Assembly: GCF_006345805.1 (NCBI RefSeq)
Contig: NC_043003.1
Location: 75,330,001-75,394,000, forward strand
Source: Octopus sinensis
Lineage: Eukaryota
Reading direction: 5' to 3'
Length of the DNA stretch: 64,000 nt
The position numbers and the translations under genes were made by a program. The notes beneath the pieces were generated by a model. It was not told the origin of the DNA, ran no database searches, and saw only the letters and a program-made list of their open reading frames with translations. Positions 55,330-64,000 of this stretch are shown in pieces (the stretch's first letter is position 1; every line of letters starts with the position of its first letter).

Positions 55330-56047
55330 AGTACCGAGAGCAAAATATAACGACAAGAGAACTCAAAATTATATATTTGCTCTGCTGAAGTGAGCCTTGA
55401 AGTTCGTTAGTGTAGTGGGCGCCGATCTGTTATCGATGACGATGAATTAAAGACTGTCGCAGAGAAAGATCCATGTAAAACCACACAAGAACTGTCAAAA
55501 GAAGTTAGCCAGAAAACTGCCTGCAACCATTTCCCCTGCGATCGGAAAATAAAAAAAAAATCTCGACAAATGGGTACCACACGATTGGAATGAAAATCAG
55601 AAAATGTGCAGATATGATCGTTCGTCGCTTCTTATCCGTAACCAGACTGATCCATTTCTCGACTGTATTGTAACTTGCGATGAAAAGTGGATTCTATACA
55701 GTAATAAAATACATTCCCAGTGGCTGGACCAGAATGAAGCTCTGAAAACCTTACCTAAACCCGAGCTCTTAAAAATGTAGGTTATGATGACTGTTTGTCG
55801 GTGTACTGCTGGGCTCATCCACCATAACTTCTTAAAACACGGAAAACCATTTCTGATGAAGCATATTTCCCTTGAATTGCCAAATGAACGAAAAACTGAT
55901 ACTCTTCCGTCCAAGACTGGTCAACAAAGTGGGTTCAAAGAGTTTATCAGCTCCAGACCTTCGGAATTTTATCTTACTGGAATAAATAAACTTGTAATTC
56001 GTTGGCAAATATGTATTGATTATAATGGTACTTACTTTGACGAATAA
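55330..56047 (+). mobile_element. Mariner-type transposase remnant with an internal deletion
   Basis: KWVPHDW (WVPHEL motif), FLDCIVTCDEKWILY (first catalytic D), VMMTVCRC..GLIHH, and the terminal EFYLTGINKLVIRWQICIDYNGTYFDE*. I could not find the second or third catalytic regions (HDNA, YSPDL). Confidence 0.85.
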
Positions 56048-57380
56048 ATCTTCCGCATTATTGAAATATATTGTAATGACTTGCATGTTTCAAAATATTG
56101 CTTACTTTATACTCGCTCTGAGGCCTGCCAATCAAGTTTTGACTAAAAGAGCACAGGCTACCTATGCGTCCTCCTTCCGTAAACACTTAATTAAGTGTGG
56201 CATCCCACCAAAGTGATAGACGCATCCATACTGGCCTAGGAGTGGAACATAAGAAATCCCCGTATCAACGAAGCTCTATTGATCCACTGCTTCGTCCAAA
56301 ACATTAAAAGTCTATCGGAGATGGGCCGGTGGATCCTATAAATACGTCACAACCAACATCTAGTAGTACGCCACCAAGACCACCACCCCACATGACCAAA
56401 AGAAAATTCGTCACGGTAACTGATCAACATCCAGCCGTATGCTACCAACACAATCATCGATCACCACTACAATACTACTGGCAGCAGGCTATTGCTGCTA
56501 CAAACTCCTACACCATCATCCCAACACATGTGACAAACACAATCACACTACACGGCCATGCACTGCCATGTGACCACCACCAATAATGTAATCCAGAAAT
56601 ATGTTGCTACTACTGTCTTCAATACAAGCATTTGGCGAGTTGCTTATGTCAACAGATGGAAAATTGCTGTTGCTGACTCATGTACCGAGCTGTCCAAAAT
56701 AGCACAATCTATATAAATACATGTTTCGTAGACTGTATTCTTTAAATGAATGGACTTTGTATATATTATTTATATTATTATTTGATTGAACACCACGTAT
56801 TCATTTCCAAGTAAGTTTATCTTAATCTTTTTGATGCGAGTCTATACTGTTTTCATCCCCCTATCATTTTCTCTCTCCTCCTTCCTCCAACTTCTTTTTC
56901 TCCCCTTCACCTTTATCTATCTGTCGCTCTATCCCTCTTTCTCCTTTACTGTCTTTCATTGCTCACATATGACCATCGTCTATATTTTCCACACGTGATC
57001 ATCAGTCCTTATCTTTCAGGTCTGTCCTAAAGACGGGGAGTATACTATCTCTCTCTTCTCCACCATTCACTATTTTACACTCGTTCTGGTCTAATGATCT
57101 TCCCTATTTTTTTCGTTCGCTTTCTTTGTATGTCTCTACTGTCCTGTTTTGTTCCCAGTTTTGACTCCATAAATCCCAAATTTTATTTTGTTACTTATGG
57201 GAGCATCTATTTTCGAAGACTCATATTGTCTTTCAATGCTGAAAATGTGTAGTTGACAACTAATGAAAGGTCGTTCTTTATGTTACCTGTCCTGTTTTTC
57301 ATTTTTTGCATATTGAACTCATTTGTTTTCGTATTTCATGTAGTTTACTGTCGGGAACGTCCTGTACGCATATATGCATG

Positions 57381-57446
<66 letters not shown>

Positions 57447-57447
<1 letters not shown>

Positions 57448-57960
57448 GAATAACAACAGAAAAAAGATGGTATAGGCACACACCAGAAAAGGTCACAGAA
57501 AACGAGAAAGCAACCATACTCTGGGATATGCCGATACACACAGATAGAGAAATTAAGGCCAACAGACCAGATATAGTTGTCAGAGATCATGAAGACAAAA
57601 AATGCTTTCTAATTGATGTATCAATACCGGCAGATGACAACGTGTCTCTAAAAGAAATGGAGAAACTCTCAAAATACAAAGACCTGGCAATAGAGGTAAG
57701 TAGAATGTGGAACCTGAAAACAGAAACAATTCCTATCATAGTAGGTGCATTAGGCATGATAAAAAAAATATTCAGACAAATATATAACAAAAACACCAGG
57801 ACTTACAAACACATTGTACTACTAGGCACTGCACACATCCTACGCAGAACACTTTCCATACAATAACCATCAGAGCATCACAACAAATCACAGCACATAC
57901 CCAAGGCACACAGAGCTGCGCTCGGTAGTGAAGTGAAAGCACGCTATAAAAATAAAACTA

Positions 57961-57963
<3 letters not shown>
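57447..57963 (+). mobile_element. Young R4/Dong-like 3' fragment inserted in (AAT)n
   Basis: Open frame KRWYRHTPEKVTENEKATILWDMPIHTDREIKANRPDIVVRD..CFLIDVSIPADDNVSLKEMEKLSKYKDLAIEVSRMW..IPIIVGALG (PD...D...K RLE motif). (AAT)n lies on both sides (57383-57446 and from 57964). Confidence 0.95.
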
Positions 57964-58015
<52 letters not shown>

Positions 58016-58024
58016 GCAGTAGCA

Positions 58025-58092
<68 letters not shown>

Positions 58093-58155
58093 TATTATTA
58101 TTAATTAATTAATATTATTATTATTAATTATTAATTATTATTATTATTATTGTTA
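57964..58155. repeat. (AAT)n immediately followed by (ATT)n (head-to-head inverted tracts)
   Basis: The switch occurs at ~58058. Confidence 0.9.
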
Positions 58156-58179
58156 TTATATATTTATAAAATATTTAAG

Positions 58180-58480
58180 GAATGGGGTATATAATAGCCG
58201 GGTTGCATATGTTTCGTAGTTTCCGGTGCCCACTAATGATGACACCTAATTTCTCGATGATGCTTGTTTCTTTGGTCGTATTCGGATGTCCGTGGTAGTA
58301 TGTGGATGGTTTTCCAAGGGGCAAAAGAGCAACGAATATCCTGACCGATAACTTGTCCCAGAGTGATGACATCGTTCCCAACAGCCCCATGAGATTTGAG
58401 ATGCCTAACATGAGAGTCCATTTTGAATTTGTTTCATTTCCGGTTAGTTGATCTCCAAATACTAGACGAGCTAGGTTCGC
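58180..58480 (-). pseudogene. Possible Penelope-like GIY-YIG endonuclease C-terminal remnant
   Basis: HVRHLKSHGAVGNDVITLGQ...PWKTIHILPRTSEYDQRNKHHRE resembles the SAVAEH..GH..W..ILxxE..KR..E pattern; divergent. Confidence 0.35.
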
Positions 58481-58569
58481 TTCATGAGACTACGCTACTA
58501 CTTTAAATTGCATGGGGCAGAATCAAAGTTATTAAATGTTATACGTATATATACATATACATACATATT

Positions 58570-58647
<78 letters not shown>

Positions 58648-59393
58648 TGTGTGTGTGTGTATCTATGCATGTATATATGTATAAATATATGTATATATAT
58701 ATATGTATTTATAAGTGCATGTATGTGCATATATGTGACTATATATATATCCATAATCATGTTTATTTGAGTGTTGTCTTCTATATTCTTTAAACCGGTT
58801 TTAGTTGTTCGTGTATATGCTAGGCGATGTATGTGATTCACATAATACTATATGGAAAATCTATGCAAGACTGTTCCTCAGGCGGCCATTATTTATTCAT
58901 TGCAAAACTATTAAATCAATGCAAAAATATAAAACACGAAATTGAATATTTTTCTAAAGTTAATTTTCAAAAAATAATTTGCCAATTCAATTCCGAGATA
59001 GTATCTGTGAAATGAAAATTTCAATGACAAGAATAGAAGACAATAATTGCTAAGTGTATGTGTGTTTGGGCATGTGCCGATGTATTATGAGGTAAATCAA
59101 TGTGAGTACGTGTTCTGGCTCCTAGTGTAAACACATTAGAGTGTATGTGTTTTCCGTTCTGAACTACCAAAAACATTCGTTCTAAGTTTCTACCTCACTA
59201 CCACACCTCCTCAATTTATTCATTCTACTGTGTATTTCACTTTCTCGCTGAATTTCACCACGTACATACATACATATATACATATATAAGTACATATCTT
59301 AATTTATCTATGTATATATACATATATAAATATATGGTGGGTTGTATGTAAGTTTATATATGTATGTACAAAATACGAATATATATATATATA

Positions 59394-59454
<61 letters not shown>

Positions 59455-59625
59455 CATATATATACATGTATATATGCATATAGCTATGTATATTCATATA
59501 TATATTGATGTATATATCTGTTCTCTCTCTCTCTCTCTATCTATCTATCTATATATATATATATATCCGTATTAGTATCGAAATATGAATTTCACTTTCA
59601 TGTATAGAGGCAAATATACCTTACT

Positions 59626-59697
<72 letters not shown>

Positions 59698-59960
59698 TAT
59701 ATATGTATGTACATACAAACACACAGAATCATGTCACATATTTTGAAAAACTACAAAGATGGAAATGAAAACACGCGTAATTATAATTACACGACCAGTC
59801 ATACGCATAACTAATGCTGTATATGAATATACATCGTGCCTGCACGTATGCACACATAGATTCGCATATGCATACGCATATACTAACTTACCACAGGCAC
59901 AGACCAATACATCCACATATGAATATTTACAAACACTCAAACACACACACACGCACACAC

Positions 59961-59998
<38 letters not shown>

Positions 59999-62919
59999 CA
60001 AACACATAAGCGTATATCTAAATACACGCACAAAAATTCCCACCGTTATTATGATATCATATTGCGTGTTCTCAGTGCGTGCTTACGCATAAACTACGTC
60101 TATGACAATACGTGTAATTCGCATAGCCACAGTATGTATATCCTTGTATATGTATATACTTATATGTATGCATGTAGAAGCATATATTGTATGTTCTTTT
60201 CAAATGATTTTCATATTTCCAATTTTCATATATTTAGCTTCACATATTTTCAATATGAATTTCAACCTTTTTCAACCATCAATAGAACTAGATTTCGCAG
60301 ATTATAATTGCAAAGTGGGTAGTAAAAATAATGGGCATATAAAATAATAGAAAATGATTTAAATATTTTCTGAAATATGTAACAGATGAATTCAAAACAG
60401 AAAAAAAAATGAACAATTCAAATCAATTGTTCGCGTACACATTCACGCACAAGCAACATGTACACGTATATATAATGAATGAAAGAAACACTCATGTATG
60501 CATATCTCTATGTATTTTTCTTTTTTCTCTCCCCCCTTCCCTACTGCTCTCTCTCTACTTTCTGTATATATACACATAATATATGTATACATATATAATT
60601 GCACACAGACACATGCACACACACACATACATATATATATATATAACACGCACATGTATGTGTGCATGCCTATTTATATTTCTATGTATGTAAGCAAACT
60701 AAATTTTCTACAATCTTTATATTTCTATATATGTCATAAATGAACTCCAGTTGTTAGTTTATCTACTAGATAACAGACATTTAGAAGTACCAACTGTTTC
60801 TTACCAAGAGACCAATCTTTACGTTATTCTGTCTACTCTCTTATGGTATTTATTATTTCTTCTTAGTCCAATACATTTCATTAGTTGTCCTTTCCTTATT
60901 GATTTATAAATCACAATCTATTCATATAAGCTGCTTGATGTGTAAATATGTTTCTAAACAAATTAATTCAGAGATATTAATTATTACATTGTTGAAATTA
61001 TCTCCTCTAGTTTTTGAGATTTGCTTTAACTACCTCCACTTTTCTGTTGAGAGAGGTGAATTTGTACTTTTTTCTTTCCATCAGTCAATCTCAGTTACAG
61101 AGAATTTGTTATTTATGCCTGATTTTACTTCAACCCTTAATTTATCTTTCTAAATGAATACCTTCCCCATGGACACAATTGGAATTTCCTACATAGGTAT
61201 GTTTTGGTTTGTTCTGTCAGTAATCTTGATTGCCAAACATATTTTCCATCGTTTTTGTCTAGCTTTTGCAAATTGTTATTTTAAAGTCTCTGGGGGACGT
61301 GATAGCGTATGCCTTTAGGAAAGGTCAAGATGTGTGTGTTCCATTGACTGGAGTGATATTTCAAGTAAATCTATATACGTAATACACTACATGTTAACTT
61401 ACATGCAAACATACATCTACACACTTAATTTTACGCCCATGCACTTAAACATGTGTTGCGTGAGGGTAATTTGAGCTGATTGTTAGTGACCGTTCCACCG
61501 TCCAAATTTGCCCAGTAATTTCATCTTCCATATTGGAATGCAAATTCATGAGGAAAATTTACGACTATAAATGGAGATTTCTTCTCTTTCCATAACAACA
61601 ATGTAATGGATAGCATCTTTTAGCACATTACCTAGCACAATAACTAACTCTGATTTTAACAACTTATAATGACAAGCGTTAATAAGCAATATATTAGTCA
61701 AGATGCGATACTGTTTGTATAGAGAATTCTCTCTCAATATATCTAGAAATCTGTTACTTGAAATGTAACGACAACATGAAAATTAGAAAAATACGAATCA
61801 GCATGCTAAACTGACGTAGTTAAAAAATCTAGTCTCACAGAACTCTAGTGAGCTAATGCGAAGTGAATGATCATATAGATTGTCTGCATGATTAATTCAA
61901 CGACACTAGATATTTGTAGATGGTGGTATCTTTAGAGTTGCGGGCATACTATACTGTAGAATTTTAAACAAGATTATAATTAATCACTTTAAGAACTGAA
62001 ACTGAAAATTAAGCCAAAACACGTACTTCGAATGTACATTTTATAATTCGTATTCTGAATTCACATTTAGCCAGATAAGCCCTAGTCTATAAGGAATATA
62101 TAAAAAATGACGCATTAATAGCAGAACACGAAGTTCGGTAAAAATGTGTTGTTTCTGCAATCAAAACAATAGTAATTGCCTTAAGAGTAGATGAGCACAT
62201 TTTCTAAAGGGAAACGTATACTTGGTTTTGAATATGTTGGCTACCTTTATTTATTCACATATATTTTTTTTGCTATTAAAGAGAAGCTAGACTAGCCTAA
62301 ATATTTCTGTGCATCATCCCAAACCATGCTACAGAGATTTTGAAACTTGTACAGAATCTTACAAATTTATTATATCGCGGAATATTCCCTGATCGTATAA
62401 TTATGCACAAGAACCCTAAAATCAGTTATTGCTTACGTTCAAAAAATGAATGGTTTGGTGTCAGTATGCAGTGACTTTTCATATGTAGATGGGGTGTTTC
62501 CTGTTAGGAAATTTGTTTAGGTTGGACTCAGCGGGTGTAGAGTACAACGTTAGTAATAGGAGAAAGATGTGGATATAGGGCCATGGACAAACGAAAGAAA
62601 AAAAAGGAAATGCAAGAATGTGATGGAAACAAGAGTAAAAATTAATAACGAAAAGAAACTGAAACTAAATTTGAAAGAAAATGAAAACTACATCGTGATA
62701 TCGTGAAATGTATGTGTGTGTGTGCGTGTGCATGTGTGTGTGAGTGTGCATGTATGTGTGTATGAGTGTGTATATATGCATGTATGTATGTATGCATATA
62801 TATATATTTATATACATATGTGTGTCTGTCTGTCTATCTCTACGTGCATGTTATATATACACATACAGAAGCATATAAATACATACATATATACATACAT
62901 AAATACATACATACATACA

Positions 62920-62967
<48 letters not shown>

Positions 62968-63742
62968 AAGAAAAAGAGACAAAGAAACGATGAGGGACGA
63001 GCGGTACATACAGAGAGATATCTATATATGTATCTTTGTGTGTCTATGTTTCGAAGAATGTGCGTGTTCAAGTGATTGAATGGTTGTTTCTGTCGTTATT
63101 TTTATCAACTTTTCGACCTCTCATTGCAGTTTCGCCTCTGTTGTCTATCTTACCAGTATTTACGATATAGTTTAGAGAAACTTTCAATGGTATTAAAAGA
63201 CATATAACAGTGAAATTAATATAAAATTTGATTGAAGAGAACATAGGGATTACTCGGCTTTATACATCTCATTTAACTCATTTTCCTTTTTATGTTTCTG
63301 CCTTTCTTGCAGCTGCTTACGTTTCATGGTTTTATGAATCCAGTGATTGTTATGTTTGTTTTATTTGCTTTATTTCATTTGATTCGTTTTTACTCATTCA
63401 TTCAATCTTATTCGATGCTATCTATTTTACTTGTTCGTGTCTTTCATTAAGCTACGTCTTTCTTACTGCCTTCCCTCACTTTTGTTATCTAACAACTCTT
63501 TCTCTCTCTCTCTATATTTTTTTTTAAATTTAAATCTCGCATTAACATGAATAATACTTATTTCAAAGCTTTTATGAATACTCACCATTTTTGTTCAATG
63601 TCAAGAAAACAAAGACAGAAACAGCAACACCAGTATGGCATTTTGTATTGAGAATGATTACACACAGAGACGAAAAAGGAAAAAGAAAGCAACAACAACA
63701 ACAACAACAACAAAAACAACTAGAACAACAACAACAACAATA

Positions 63743-63787
<45 letters not shown>

Positions 63788-64000
63788 TCAATTTGATATT
63801 TTTGATGCATATCCGATGGGTTTTTTTTGTGCATTATATTTTTTTAGTTACTAAATAAAATTATTTTGTATATATATATACTTTTCTTTTCATTCTGCAA
63901 TAAATGAAGAATGAATACATGAATCCATTATCAAAAGGTACCATATTTAAAAACAGGAAATGATTGTAAAATTGTCTATTTGTCAAGAAGCTTTTAAAAG

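Noticed and set aside
56960-57010. Minus-strand CTGATGA...GAAA
   Set aside because: Helices I, II and III cannot be formed in register. Other CTGANGA hits inside Tc1, hAT, mariner and R4 coding remnants failed the same test.

Overview
AT-rich, microsatellite-dense eukaryotic DNA. The SINE families and repeat landscape resemble an octopus/coleoid cephalopod genome (inferred from recognition, not a search). No host protein-coding gene, rRNA, genuine tRNA or CRISPR array can be supported; most ORFs in the track are translated microsatellites. The window is a transposon graveyard: at least 10 truncated, decayed copies of R4/Dong-like non-LTR retrotransposons (RT plus restriction-like endonuclease, about 11-12 kb in total) whose 3' ends lie on (TAA)n tracts, an L1/Tx1-type 3' end, an RTE 3' end, a Tc1 element with TIRs, a Buster/SPIN-type hAT element with a perfect 8-bp TSD, mariner remnants, probable Penelope-like remnants and many tRNA-derived SINEs. 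The best candidate for an undescribed system is a ~463-bp tandem repeat (34405-35385) in which each unit carries a hand-foldable type I hammerhead ribozyme with a palindromic helix III. This is the layout of a retrozyme-like element that could release a ~462-nt circular RNA. A second, degenerate hammerhead lies at ~15.9 kb. All alignments and folds were done by eye; TE boundaries without TIRs or TSDs are approximate.
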